From NCBI GenBank assembly GCA_043228905.1, contig JBHGNT010000123.1, positions 9,731-73,730 of the forward strand: a stretch of DNA of 64,000 nucleotides. The letters run 5' to 3'. The position numbers and the translations under genes are program-made. The notes beneath the pieces are model-generated. The model saw only the letters and a program-made list of their open reading frames with translations. It had not been told where the DNA came from and ran no database searches. Positions 25,132 to 37,670 of the stretch are shown piece by piece; positions within the stretch are counted from its first letter, which is position 1, and every line of letters starts with the position of its first letter. This DNA is from Azolla caroliniana. Its lineage: Eukaryota; Plantae; Polypodiophyta.

Positions 25132-27258
25132 ATGAGGGGGTCGGATCTCGCAGAGGCCATGGCTTCGGCCGTGGATCGGATTGTAAACGCGCGCGAGAGC
25201 ACCGGTGCCCTCGACAGAGCTATTGAGGCGGTCGTCGGCACGATCGGCCGGTTCGATGGGAAGGATGCCACGAAGTATTTGGCGTCCTACGGTGCAGAGA
25301 TGCTGATGCGGGACATTCCGGAAGAAAGGCGTCTTGCCGGATTTCCCCGAGTGGCGATGCCGAGCATCCATGCGGAGGTGCTCGAGGTGCGGACGGAGAG
25401 CCGTACCTGGGAGGAGTTCGAAGGTCGGCTCCTAGAGAAATACGGGCTGGACGACGCGCTCCGGCTTTCGAAGCGAAGGTTCATGGAATGGGTGGAGTCC
25501 CCGGGGAAGGGAAGAAACGCGTCGGCGCTCCTCCGGGAGTTCGAGGAAAACTTTGCGCGCCTTTCGGCGCTCGACCGAACCATCCTGGACACGAGCCGGG
25601 TCTTGCTGTTTGTCAAGTCGGTCGACGAGCGGGATCGGGAGCAAGTGGGCCTCTTGCTGGAAACCGAAGACGGGCTCACTACCGACTGGGCGGCTGTCAG
25701 GAAGGTCTGTGGCCGTTTCGACAAACGGCGAGAATGGGCGGATAACGGGGCGACCGGGTCGGGCTCGGTCGCAGCAAGGAAGCTCGAACCAGCGCCACAG
25801 GTGCGCAAGGAAGAGACCCGGGAGTGGTTGGAAACCGGTTCGGCTTCGACCGGCGTAGTCAGAGGCTCATCCGGAGGAGCGGCGCTGGAGGAATTGACGA
25901 AGGCGATAAAGGACCTCCAAATCGCGCAGGCCCGAAGGGAAGGGGGCGAACCGGCTCGTGACCGACGGCCGGCGGCAGGAAACAGGTGCATGTGGTGCGA
26001 TGAAGTCGGCCACATTCGGAAGGACTGCGGCGACTTCGCGGAGGCGCTGAGGGACAGGGTGGTGTACCTGTGGGAAGGACGGGTGCATGCCAGCGACACC
26101 CGAAGGGCCCTGAGCCGAAACGACGGAAAAGGTGGTATGAAAAGGTTGATGGAAGAGGCGGCGGCCCGACACGCGGAAACCGTCCACTACTCGGCGTCGG
26201 CCGGCATTCGAGTCGGGGGCGGCGAGGCCCGAAGGGAAAGCAAAGCCGGATTCTGGCCGACGATGCTGGAAGGCCTTGCCGGTGCAAGGCTTAAAGGGGA
26301 GGAATCGGACCGTGCGGAGAAACGGGTACGGGAGATGACCGGGTGGAGCGACCCGGTCGAGGAACGGACGGGCTTCGTGGAAGCTGCTTGCCAGAACTAC
26401 GAGGCTCTGGTAGAAGAGAAGCGGGTGGGGAAACCCGGGACGACCGGGCCCTCCCAACGATACGAGACCCGGTCCGGGCCACGACGGGACGAAGCCGGCG
26501 GGGCCGGCACGCAAGATAAACCCCAGAAGGGCGGGTACCGTCTGGGGACGGAGATAGAAAGGACCACGGACTTACGAAAGGTCCTGGAGGAACGGATCCT
26601 CGACAGCAAGGTGGAGCTGTCGTTACGAGAGGTGCTGGGAATCGCCAAGAAGGAGTTCCACGACTCCATCGTGGACTTGGTGAAACGGAAGAGGCTGTCG
26701 ACGGAGACAGAACCGGAAAGACCGGTGGAAGTGCGGACGACGCACCTAGACGACATGGCGCTGGGAGACGAGTGGGCGGAAAGCCACTATTCGAGACCAC
26801 ACTGGGCCCGAGCGACCACGGAAACCCCGGTGAAGATCGGCGATGTCCAGGAACCGGTGATAGCTTTGGTGGACCACGGATCGGAGATCAATTTGATGTC
26901 CATGGACTTCTATAAGAAGGGCAAATGGCCGATCAACACCAAGCACGGGTGGAAAATAAGGGCAGCAACGCGCGCCACCGAGGAACTGCACGGGGCCTGT
27001 CCGAATGTGCGAGTCAAGATTGGCGACGTCGAGATTGACCAGCACTTCTTCGTGCAGGAGACGTCTTCGCACCCGGTCATTCTGGGAGAGCCGTACATCA
27101 CGACGGCGCGAATGGAGACCAAAGTGCTGGACAATGGTTCGGCCTACGCGAGGGTCAAAAGCCAAGACGGGCGCCATTCGGTCCAGTTTCTGACGGTACG
27201 GCCGAACCACGAACGTAACCGCGATTCCCTCGGTTCCGAAAACCGAGAGGATTTTTAG
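25132..27258 (+). CDS. gag: Element C Gag-protease
   Basis: Open frame with CCHC knuckle CMWCDEVGHIRKDC and aspartic protease LVDHGSEINL. Ends at GGATTTT TAG. Confidence 0.92.
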   Translation: MRGSDLAEAMASAVDRIVNARESTGALDRAIEAVVGTIGRFDGKDATKYLASYGAEMLMRDIPEERRLAGFPRVAMPSIHAEVLEVRTESRTWEEFEGRLLEKYGLDDALRLSKRRFMEWVESPGKGRNASALLREFEENFARLSALDRTILDTSRVLLFVKSVDERDREQVGLLLETEDGLTTDWAAVRKVCGRFDKRREWADNGATGSGSVAARKLEPAPQVRKEETREWLETGSASTGVVRGSSGGAALEELTKAIKDLQIAQARREGGEPARDRRPAAGNRCMWCDEVGHIRKDCGDFAEALRDRVVYLWEGRVHASDTRRALSRNDGKGGMKRLMEEAAARHAETVHYSASAGIRVGGGEARRESKAGFWPTMLEGLAGARLKGEESDRAEKRVREMTGWSDPVEERTGFVEAACQNYEALVEEKRVGKPGTTGPSQRYETRSGPRRDEAGGAGTQDKPQKGGYRLGTEIERTTDLRKVLEERILDSKVELSLREVLGIAKKEFHDSIVDLVKRKRLSTETEPERPVEVRTTHLDDMALGDEWAESHYSRPHWARATTETPVKIGDVQEPVIALVDHGSEINLMSMDFYKKGKWPINTKHGWKIRAATRATEELHGACPNVRVKIGDVEIDQHFFVQETSSHPVILGEPYITTARMETKVLDNGSAYARVKSQDGRHSVQFLTVRPNHERNRDSLGSENREDF

Positions 27259-27315
27259 AGAGGACTGCCAAGGCGTGGGGCCGCGACAGTCCGGATGCTC
27301 CGGAAAAACCCCACA
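27249..27315 (+). promoter_or_regulatory. -1 ribosomal frameshift signal (G_GAU_UUU + 6-nt spacer + H-type pseudoknot)
   Basis: Stem 1 GGACTG/CAGTCC; loop GTGGGG can pair with downstream CCCCAC. The same architecture with covariation is present in F and A. Confidence 0.85.
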
Positions 27316-30300
27316 TCTGTACGATAAAACCGTGTACAATAGGTAGGAAATTTTGCTTCTCCGACAGCGGAGCATGTACGATGGTCGGCATCACCGGCCG
27401 AGAGAAAACAAAGACGGAGGGGAGACTTCGGGCGTGCGGAGTTCTCGGCCCTGACGAAGGAATCAACGGAGCCGTGGAGGCAGTCTCCTTCGACGACACC
27501 TTGGGAATGCTGGGGAAGGTAGTCGAAGAAGACCTTAACGAAGACCGGACGATACCGGTATGTTCCGATGAAATGTACGAAGTCATCGCGGACTTCGGTC
27601 GAGGGCTCGAATCGGAACGGACGGCCCGAGTGAGCACCAAGTACAAGACTGTGGACCGGAAGGTGAGGCCAGTTGCGGCGCCCTTACCAGAGGGCAGCGA
27701 ATCCCGGATTAAAGGGGGTGCATCGGACCCCAGCTTACGAGATCGGGCCTGCATAGGACACACCTTCACCAACGAGACGCTCCGCGAGCTGAAGATCGGT
27801 GGGGGCGGGTTCCTACTGCCGGCGGAGGAAGACCGGTTTCGGAGAATGCTCGGAAGGCACGGGAAAGTCTTCGCATTCTCGCCGGAGGAAATCGGGTGCG
27901 TGGACCCGACGATCGTAGAGCCGATGGTGATATTCACGGTACCGCATGTACCGTGGAATCTCAAGCCAATTTCGGTTCCGAGAGCTCACATCCCGAAGTT
28001 GATGGAGCTGTTGAAGCAGAAAGTTGATATGGGCATTCTCGAGCCGTCGAGCGCCCCGTATTCAAACCGCTGGTTTACCGTACCAAAGAAAAACGGATCG
28101 TTGCGCTTCATTCAGGACCTGCAGCCGGTCAATAGAGTGACCATTCGGAACGCGGGGATCGGACCGACCATAGACGAGTTCGCGGAGGCCTTCGCCGGAA
28201 GGTCGATTTACTCGGTCGGTGATCTATACTCAGGGTACGACCAGTTCCAGCTAGCCGTGGAGAGTAGAGACATTACGACGATGCGAACTCCCCTCGGCCT
28301 AGTGCGGATGTGTACGCTGCCGCAAGGAGGGACCAACTCGGTGGCCCACATGGTGAATGCGATGAACAAGGTGCTGAGGGACTGCATCCCGAACATCACC
28401 ATGCCGTTTCTAGACGACATCCCGATCAAGGGATGCCCGGTAGAAGAGAAGGACGAGACGATCGGGCCGGACGGATGCCGGCGATTCGTGACGGCGCACA
28501 TCGACGACTGCGAGAAGGTGCTGCAAAGGCTAGAGGATGCGAGGCTCACCTTCTCGGGGGAGAAATCAGCCTTCGGTGCGTCGGAAATCATGGTGGTCGG
28601 ACACTTATGTGGGCCATATGGCCGGAAACCGTCTCCGGCAAAGGTAGAAGCCATCTCCGCGATGAAGCCCGACTGCAGCTCGGTCACGGAAGTACGAAGA
28701 TTCCTGGGGGCATGCGCATTCTACCACATATGGATCCCGCATTACGCCCATGTTGCGGAGCCGCTATACGAATTATTGAGGAAAGGGCAAAGATTCGAAT
28801 GGCTAGACCAGCACACGGAGTCGGTCCGGAAGCTGAAGGAGGCTCTTTCGGCGGCACCGGCGCTCCGAAAGGCCGTCTACAGGAAGGGCACCCCAGTGTA
28901 CATAACGGTTGACACGAGTCCGACCGGAATCGGGTGGGTCGTCAACCAAGAAGACGAGGACGGTAATCGGTTTCCGATCTGATTCGGCGCGAAGGTCCTC
29001 AGCGAACGGCAGCGAGGATACGCCCAGGTTAAACGCGAACTCTGGGGTATCGTTTCGGCGGTGAAGGCCGACAAGGACTATCTGATCGGGACAGAGGTAA
29101 TCATAGAGACGGATTGCATGCCGATTCTCGGCATGATTTCCGGATGCGCGACGCCGGACCTGGCAATGCTCAGGTGGATAGCGTACATCAAGTCCCTGGA
29201 CCCGGAAATACGACACATTTCCGGGAAAGACAACGCCATGGCCGACATGCTTTCAAGGGCGAGATTCGATGACGAGGGCGGCATGGTTTCGGAGGACGAA
29301 GACGTCGGCGTGGACTTCTTCGAGACTGCGTATGTAACAACCGACGGAACAAGCACTCCGGCGCTTAACGACTTCGACGCGAGCAAGTACGACGGGGAGT
29401 GGCTGCAGATCGGTGGGTTTTTGAAGACAATGACGCCCGATGCGTCATGGACGAAGGACGAGGCCAACCGGATCCGGAAGAAAGCGTACCGGTTCTTTCT
29501 CCGGGATGGCTATCTATGGAAGCACCCGAAGAAGAAGGACGGCGCTCCGCTCCGGGTGGTGGCGATGAAGGAAGAACAGGAGGAGCTGCTGACGGCCTAC
29601 CACGACAGCCCTTGGGCTGGACACCGTGGAACATGGGCTACGTTTGAGAAACTGAAGGGGAAGTATTGGTGGCCGGGGCAGTACCGGGACGTGCATCGGT
29701 TCGTGACAACTTGCGAGAGCTGTCAGATGCACTCCATAGTCCGACACCGGGACGAGCTTCACCCCACGTACCCTCCGACCATCCACTTCAAATGGATGGT
29801 AGATCTGGTGACGATGCCAATGGGGGTAGGACAGATGCGGTACCTGGTCCTAGCGCGGGAGGATCTGACGAACCAGGTGGAAGGCCGGGCCCTTCCGAAC
29901 AAAACGACCGCGGCCGTATGCCGGTTCCTAATCGAGGACGTGATATGCCGGTACGGGTGCGTCGGGAAGATCGTGGCTGACCGAGGGGAGTTGGACGCCG
30001 AAGAAGCCGCGGAGCTGTTCGACCGGCTGGGAGTCAAGCTCTCGCTCACCACTGCGTACAATCCGGAGGCGAATGGAAAGGTGGAGCGCGGACATGGACC
30101 GATCGTCAAGGCGTTGGTTCGGGCATGCGGAGGCCGAGTCGGTGACTGGCCGCGGCTGCTACCTTATGCTTTGTGGGCAGACCGGACCACGCACAGTTCG
30201 GTAACCGGGTACATGCCGACGGAGCTCATGTTCGGCGAGAAGCCGATCATGCCGATAGAACGGGCTATCTCCTCGTGGGCAACGGTCGACTGGAGGGACG

Positions 30301-30737
30301 AGATGAGCCGGGAGGAGTTGTTGGCCGCGCGCATACGACAGCTCGAGCGGAGACCGGAGGACGTGGAACTGGCTGCGGAGAAGCTCCGGGTGGCGAGGAT
30401 AAAGAACAAAGCCAGGTTCGGCCGAACGCACCGGCTCCGACCGAAGAAAATCGAAGAAGGTGACTGGGTGCTCGTCTACGACAGCAGCCTCGACAACCAG
30501 CACCGAGCTACACGGAAGTTCGCACGAAGGTGGTTCGGGCCTTACGTGGTACGGAGCGCCAATGACAACGGGACATATCACCTGGCGGAACTCGACGGCA
30601 CGAGAATGGCGATACCGGTTGCAGGGAAGCGGATCAAAGCGTTCAAGAAGCGACACGACGACGAGCCAGACCCGGCTCTCCTGGTCAGCAGTGACGAACG
30701 ATCCGACAACGAGGAAGAACCGACGGGCGAGGAATGA
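27255..30737 (+). pseudogene. pol: Element C Pol (RT-RNase H-integrase) in the -1 frame, one premature stop at 28980-28982
   Basis: RT motifs DLYSGYDQF, LPQG, FLDD; RNase H VDTSP; IN H-H-C-C, DDE and GPY. No chromodomain. The single TGA corresponds to an Arg codon in A. Confidence 0.93.
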
Positions 30738-31129
30738 AGACGGGCCGGTTTTCTCCGTCCCAACTCTCTTGGCGCATACCGGAGGATGCGCGGTTAGGTG
30801 GGGGCGGATGTCGTGAAGAAAACCGTCCATAGGCGGAATCGGCGCACCAAGGCGTGGGAACCGGTTCTTCACGCGCACACGCTCCAAGTTGTACATAGAA
30901 GCGAATTGGGAGGATAATCGGCAGGAACGGGCCCTAACTCAAGTGGAGACAAAGACCGCGCGAACAGTCTTTTCGGTCGCGCGCGCGAACTGTACGAGTC
31001 GGCGGCGTTGTCGTGACGATTTTCGGCTACGGTGTGAAACCGAGTGAGATGAATAAACCAAGGATGTGCAACATTGCACATGCACTTAGCAAATAAACCT
31101 AGCCTAGTGGCACTTGAGTTCATACAGAG

Positions 31130-31200
31130 GGGTGCAAGCAAGGATTGAACCTTGCACCTCTAACATACAAGATAATTGCCTTACCACTAGGACAACTATC
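31130..31200 (-). other. tRNA-like A-box/B-box cassette in the D LTR (also ~33768-33838)
   Basis: Minus strand reads gtcctagtggtaaggc...gaggtgcaaggttcaatccttgc. Confidence 0.7.
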
Positions 31201-31696
31201 ATATAGTGTAGATTATATGTATTTCCTTTTCATATACAAATTATAGACGAAACAACCATAGAAAACCATGTGCACAAAACCATGGTTTTAAACCCATGGT
31301 TTGTGCATGACATAAGCAAAACCGTGTGCACAAAACCATGGTTTTAGCCCATGGTTTTGTGCATGTCACGAGCATGGAAAGACCTATAAAAGCCTCTAGT
31401 TGGGCTTGTGTAAGGGGGGCTCAATATGTGATATCACCAACACCACTATCATCAATATAATTATATTTGTCTTTATCTTCTTCATGTTTTTCTACTTCTC
31501 AAGTGTACAATTTTTCTCCTTCTCAAGTAAACCAATTTCATCTAATCTTACATTGATCGTCATCTAGCATCGATAATTCTGCGAACGTCCTCCCCAGTCC
31601 AAGACCCCGGTGGTCGCTCGAGTAGCACACGCACGCGCGAATCTTCGCGACATCATTTGGTGAACCCGACGTGAAGAGCAGCAGGGGAGGACGAAG

Positions 31697-33685
31697 ATGG
31701 ATGGCGAATATCTCATGGAGGCAATGGCAAGAAGGATGATGGAGTTTCTGAGAGAAGAGAAAAGAAGAAATGAAGCCCAACAAGCCGTCGACAAAGTAGT
31801 CGAACGAATGAGCTATTTCAACGGTGCCGAAGTCCAAAGTTTCCTAAAAGTCTACAATGCGGAGATGGATTCAAGAGGTGTGGACAAAGCTATGAGGCTA
31901 GAGTACTTTTGTCGGGTGGTGTCTCAACCGATCTTCAAAGATGTAGAAGAGCTTCTAGAAGCTCATGATTCGTGGGCGACTTTCGAGAAGGCTCTATTGG
32001 AGGAATATGACTATGAGAGACTAAAGGGACAAGATCGACGCAACTTCGACCAATGGGTGACATCAGCGAAGACCCACGAAGGTGCGACACAAGCATTCGT
32101 AGACTTCGAGCATCATTTTTCTCAATTGTCGGAGCGGGAACAAAGATTGGTGGGGGTCGATAAGGTCCTTATGTTCGTGAAGTCAATCGATCGAATGGAA
32201 AGAATGGCGATCGGCCTCAAACTCGAAGAAGATGATGGTGCAAATGGCCTCATCGAGGACTGGAGCAAAGTGGAAAGTGTATGCCGACTACACGATAAGG
32301 GGCAAGCGAGAATATCGACGACAACAAGACGGCCCATGAGGGACGATCGAAGAGGGACGAGATGCAACAACGCACCACCAACAAAAGAAATGAAGCCACC
32401 AACGAAAGAAATGAAGCTTAGAAGGGAGACAAAACCGAGGCGAATGGTGATCGAGGGAGATAAAGTGTTTGAGTCTGAAGAGATTGAGGAGGTAGCCACG
32501 ACAAACGACATCGAGTCGGAGGTGGCTATGGATGAGTCGACGACGGATAGCCATGTCGACACTTTCTTCACGCTTGTTCCAGAGACTTCGGCGGTTGCGC
32601 CCATGTGCCAACGTGAGACCGGAGAGACGGAAGGTGGTGACGGGAAGACGAAGGCCCAACACAAGGAGGAAGAAGATCGAGGAAGAAAGGATATCCCCAC
32701 ACCTATTCTAGAGACTTCGGCGGTTGTGCACGTGCACCAACGTGAGACCGGAGAGACAGAATGTGTGGACAAAAAAGAGGACGACCGGAAGGGCGATGAA
32801 GAAGACAAGGTAAATGTAAATGAACGAAGGGATTCCTTCACACTGGTTCCGGAGACTTCGGCAGTCGAGACCGTGTGTCGACATAAGACCGAAGATAAAG
32901 GAGGTGGCGAAGAGGAGACAATATGGCCCGAGGCGAACATACACGGAGGGAAGGATATGGCCGACGTGGAGGCCAAGGATGAAGCTGCGGTTGAGTTCGA
33001 TGGAGAGGTTGCATGCGGGAAGGAAGGAAGAGTCGAGAACCGGTTGAACCGGAAGACGATCCGGCCGGGATTCCGACCCGAACGAAGGAAGATCCACATG
33101 GGAGCCGATCGACCGGGGCCGACCCGGCCGAAACCTGATTCGGCGAAAATCGATCGGACGATTCCGATCCAAAAGGGTGCCGACCCAGCCAGAATCAATC
33201 GGTCGAGCCCGACTCGGGGAAATGTGAATGCAGACGAAGGCCAACCAAGCCAAGAAGCGATCGGTGGAGACCGATCCGGACAAGGGCAAACCCGGCCTAA
33301 TCGGAGATCGACACGAACGATCTACAATACCCAGTTGAAGACGGTGAGCGTGAGGAGTGGCCAGGAGTCCAATCGAAGGACACGCGCGGTGGACGAAGGA
33401 AGAGTGGTCGTATCGACGACATCGTTCGGTAGATCTACTACAACCGATCGGGGAAGAAGGTGTGAGCGCCGGATATGGTGGATCGGGTGGCTACGGTGGT
33501 TCGGTTGGAAAGATTGCGCATACTCGAAGTGGAAGACGAGGACGACGAGCGTGCAGAGGAACTCGGTTGATCGCCGTTGCCAAAGATCTTACCTCTTCAC
33601 CTTTCTCGGCACATACCGGAGGATGTGCGGGTTTGGTGGGGGTGGATGTCGTGACGATTTTCGGCTACGGTGTGAAACCGAGTGA
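31697..33685 (+). CDS. Element D intact 662-aa ORF: Gag N-terminal domain + acidic repeat tail + W/R-rich end
   Basis: Uninterrupted ORF directly after the PBS. The first ~200 aa align to Gag of C (FNGAEV, KVLMFVKSID, DWSKVESVC). No knuckle or protease. Confidence 0.88.
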   Translation: MDGEYLMEAMARRMMEFLREEKRRNEAQQAVDKVVERMSYFNGAEVQSFLKVYNAEMDSRGVDKAMRLEYFCRVVSQPIFKDVEELLEAHDSWATFEKALLEEYDYERLKGQDRRNFDQWVTSAKTHEGATQAFVDFEHHFSQLSEREQRLVGVDKVLMFVKSIDRMERMAIGLKLEEDDGANGLIEDWSKVESVCRLHDKGQARISTTTRRPMRDDRRGTRCNNAPPTKEMKPPTKEMKLRRETKPRRMVIEGDKVFESEEIEEVATTNDIESEVAMDESTTDSHVDTFFTLVPETSAVAPMCQRETGETEGGDGKTKAQHKEEEDRGRKDIPTPILETSAVVHVHQRETGETECVDKKEDDRKGDEEDKVNVNERRDSFTLVPETSAVETVCRHKTEDKGGGEEETIWPEANIHGGKDMADVEAKDEAAVEFDGEVACGKEGRVENRLNRKTIRPGFRPERRKIHMGADRPGPTRPKPDSAKIDRTIPIQKGADPARINRSSPTRGNVNADEGQPSQEAIGGDRSGQGQTRPNRRSTRTIYNTQLKTVSVRSGQESNRRTRAVDEGRVVVSTTSFGRSTTTDRGRRCERRIWWIGWLRWFGWKDCAYSKWKTRTTSVQRNSVDRRCQRSYLFTFLGTYRRMCGFGGGGCRDDFRLRCETE

Positions 33686-35529
33686 GATGAATAAACCAAG
33701 GATGTGCAACATTGCACATGCACTTAGCAAATAAACCTAGCCTAGTGGCACTTGAGTTCATACAGAGGGGTGCAAGCAAGGATTGAACCTTGCACCTCTA
33801 ACATACAAGATAATTGCCTTACCACTAGGACAACTATCATATAGTGTAGATTATATGTATTTCCTTTTCATATACAAATTATAGACGAAACAACCATAGA
33901 AAACCATGTGCACAAAACCATGGTTTTAAACCCATGGTTTGTGCATGACATAAGCAAAACCGTGTGCACAAAACCATGGTTTTAGCCCATGGTTTTGTGC
34001 ATGTCACGAGCATGGAAAGACCTATAAAAGCCTCTAGTTGGGCTTGTGTAAGGGGGGCTCAATATGTGATATCACCAACACCACTATCATCAATATAATT
34101 ATATTTGTCTTTATCTTCTTCATGTTTTTCTACTTCTCAAGTGTACAATTTTTCTCCTTCTCAAGTAAACCAATTTCATCTAATCTTACATTGATCGTCA
34201 TCTAGCATCGATAATTCTGCGAACGTCCTCCCCAGTCCAAGACCCCGGTGGTCGCTCGAGTAGCACACGCACGCGCGAATCTTCGCGATAGCGTAACTAC
34301 GCGGATGCGTGAAAAACGGAGCGGATCCCTGTCCAAAAGGGACAGGGAATAAAGCTGACACGACGGCCTGCTCGTCGGCCTATATAAGGAGCGGGAAAGA
34401 GCTGTTGCAGGGATCTCGCGGGGAGAGGACGAAGTGCTGTCGGACCGTTTCTGGACGCTTCTCTCTCTCTGTTTCCTTCCTTCCTGAGCTCCATAGCTTT
34501 TCTGTGCAGGGTTCCGAGGAGGCTCGCGCTGTTTCGAGGAACGCCCGAGTGCTTCCGGCAGCCCCTTTGAGCGTCGAAGTGAACAGGCGTCGGCATCTGT
34601 TCGCCGGCCTGTTCGGTTGTAACCAACCTGTGCCCCATCGAGGGTTGTAGTAGTGTTAGCCATTTTCTTAATATACATATTAAGTCATTCGCATCTGTCT
34701 GTGTCGGTGTCTGTTCGCGTTCTCCGTGCTGAAGGGCCGTGTCCCTGTGTATCCCCGGTCCTCCGTAGCCGGTTCTCTCTCTCTTTCTCCTCCCTCGCTT
34801 GCTCTTTGGTTCGAGACCCCCGCGGTCCCGCCTCGATTCCACACGCACTTGCGTAATATCTCGACAGCGTGCGTGGAGAACAAGGCGGGACCACTGAGGT
34901 CTTGGACCGAGGAATAGGTGAGAGAAGGGACAGAGAGAGAGACACGCTCACACACGTATAGACAAAGAAGCGCACGGGAACGCGGTCCAATGACACAAGA
35001 GACACGAGTTGAACGGGGAATAGAGTATAAGAACACCAGTGTATGTATATAAAATAAGTATGCAGACGACGCGAACGGTTACAACCGATCAGGCCTGCTA
35101 GATGGATATCGACGCCTGACCACCCACGCGCGCAGGGGTGCGAGATGAAGACTTTGCCGGAAGCACACGGGCGTTCCACGGAGCAGAATCAACCTCTCAA
35201 GAACCTGCGCACAAGAAAGCTACGGAGAATGACAGAGAAGTGCTCGGTCCCAGTCCGACAGCACTTCGTCCCCTCTCGCGCGCGATACCTCTCTCTCCCC
35301 CGTCTCCCTCTCTTTTATAGCTCAAGGAGGGAGACCGTTTTCACCCGTATACATCACATTAATTCTCTGTCCTTTCGGACAGAGACACTCCTCGATTCTC
35401 CCTATGGAATATTGCTACCTAGGGTTTGACTTTGTGCCCACCTATCTACTATACAACAGGGGCGTGCCCACGTGCAAGGCCGGTTCACACACACTTTGCG
35501 CACGGGGACGGTTTTCCTCACGACAACGT

Positions 35530-37670
35530 ACTTCTCTTGTGACAACCACAATTGCTTCGTTGGCCGGTTTCGGATGATATGCATCCCCAACATCTGTCTT
35601 GCTGGGCCCAAGTCTTTCATTGCGAAAGTTCGGTTGAGAGCCTTCTTCAGCATCTGTATTCTGACTTGGTCCCGTCTGACAATCAACATGTCATCCACGT
35701 ACAGAAGGAGTATCAAGAAGTCGCCTCCTTTGAACTTCTTCACAAACACGCAGTGATCGGCTTGCGTCTTGTGGTACCCTTGATCGGTCATGAAGGAGTC
35801 GAACTTCCGATACCATTGTCGGGGAGCTTGCTTCAGTCCGTACAGACTCTTCTTCAACCGGCATACCAGGTGCTCCTTCCCTTTCTCCACGAATCCTTCC
35901 GGTTGCTGCATGTAGATCTCCTCTTCGAGGTCACTGTGAAGGAATGCCGTCTTGATGTCCAACTGCTCTACCTCGAGGTCCATGCTTGCCGCAATACTCA
36001 GCACCGTCTGGATGGAGGTCATCTTTACTTCTGGGGCAAATATCTCGTCGAAGTCCACGCCCTTCTTCTGCTGGAACCCCTTCACCACGATCCTGGCTTT
36101 GTATCTCGGGGGTTTGCCAGCATCTCCCGGTTTCAACTTGTACACCCACTTGTTTCGGAGTGCCCGCTTTCCTTTCGGCAACTCCACCAATTCGTACGTA
36201 TGGTTCTCATGCAGGGAATCCATCTCATCCTGCATGGAACTTAACCATTTGCGGCTATGGGTGTCATCCTTCGCTTCTTCGAACCTCTCTGGCTCCCCCT
36301 CATCGGTTAGCAGCACATGCTCTGCATCCGGAAATCTCTGGGGGGCCCTTCTCTCTCTGAGAGGATATCTCCGTCTTTGGGCTTCGGTAACCGGCTCCTC
36401 CATTTTCTCTTCATCCGAATCCGATTAAGGGTCTTGGCCGGTTCCGGTTTCAGCTTCCTCTACTTCTTCTTCTGCCAGTTCGGTATCCTCACCGTAACCG
36501 GCTAGTTCCTCGAGTGCTAACCGGTCTCTTGCCGGTTGGGTCTGCTCATCGTAGAATCGATCCTTACCGGTCGAGTCGGAGTTCATTATCTTCTTCTCCG
36601 ACTCCCAGTCGGCGAGTGTCTTGTCCTCCATGAGGATAATATCTTGACTCCGGAATACCTTCTTGTCGACCAAGTCCCACACTCGGTAGCCGAACTCATC
36701 GTCGCCGTAACCGAGGAATATGCATGGCCGGGTCTTTGGATCCAACTTTCCTCTCTGGTCCTTAGCAACATGCACGTACGCGAGACACCCGAACACCTTC
36801 AGATGCCGGTAGAAAACTTCCTTACCGGTCCACACCTTCTGCGGTGTCTCTCCATCCAAGGGCACTGAGGGTGATCTGTTTATCACATATGTCGCCGTCG
36901 ACAGTGCCTCGGCCCAAAACTTCTTGGGTAGTTTTGCACGCGCTAGCATACTCCAGACCCTCTCCATTATGGTCCGGTTCATCCTCTCGGCCAACCCGTT
37001 TAGTTCCGGCGTCTTCGGCATGGTAAATTCGAGCCGGATTCCTTTTGAGCGACAATACTCCTCGAACTGCCCTTGGTATTCACCTCCGTTATCTACTCGA
37101 ACCGCCTTCAGCTTCCGGTTAGGTTCTCTTTCCACTCTCGCGTGGAGCTCTTTGAAGACAGATAACACCTGATCCTTCGTCTTCAACGGTGTGGCCCACA
37201 GCTTTTGGTTGTGGTCATCTATGAACATCACGAAGTACTACGATCCGGCATGTGACTTCGTGTCCACTTGACATACATCAGTATGCACCAACTCCAGTGG
37301 TGCATTACGTCTCATCGGTGGCCTCGATCGGAAGGAGGTCCGGTTTTGTTTACCGGCCAGACAATCAGTGCACTTCTCCAAGTGCACGTTCTTCACTGGA
37401 ATGAGGTTGTCGTCTGCAAGCCTCTTCATCCCCTTCTCGCTCATGTGACACAGCCTCTTGTGCCACAACTCACCGGCAATGTCGGATGCCACGTTCACTT
37501 CTTCCGGGCATAACTGGGCATTCATCAGGTACAATGTGTTTACCTTCCGGGCCCGAGCCACAATCAGGCTCCCTTTGCTGAACTTCATAACATTGTTCCG
37601 GATGCTATCCTGTAGCCTTCATCATCTAGCCGATCGGTTGATATCAGGTTCAGACGAACCTCCGGAACGT
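35530..37670 (-). pseudogene. Copia integrase-RT segment
   Basis: LWHKRLCHM, LELVHTDVC, DNGGEY, NGLAERMNRT, YKARIVVKGF, LYGLKQAPRQW and YVDDML, with in-frame stops. Confidence 0.93.

Larger units (their letters stand above)
31009..34290 (+). mobile_element. Element D: non-autonomous Gag-only LTR element inserted in the 3' LTR of C
   Basis: 644-bp LTRs 31009-31652 and 33647-34290 (near-identical by eye), TSD GCGT, tRNA-Trp PBS 31658-31675. Confidence 0.97.
24316..34866 (+). mobile_element. Element C: near-intact autonomous Ty3/gypsy inserted in the 5' LTR of A
   Basis: 5' LTR 24316-25087. 3' LTR split into 30809-31008 and 34295-34866. TSD GCGT, PBS 25092-25109. Confidence 0.97.
13784..35525 (-). 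mobile_element. Element A: autonomous-type Ty3/gypsy, tRNA-Trp primed, decayed; hosts B and C
   Basis: 3' LTR 13784-14460. 5' LTR split into 24296-24315 and 34871-35525. TSD ACGT, PBS at 24272-24289, PPT GGTGGGGGCGGA. Removing A restores the copia RT reading LSQEKYVTKVL. Confidence 0.96.

Noticed and set aside
31130-31200. Functional tRNA gene in the LTR
   Set aside because: No convincing acceptor or anticodon stem; only the A/B boxes and D/T arms are kept.
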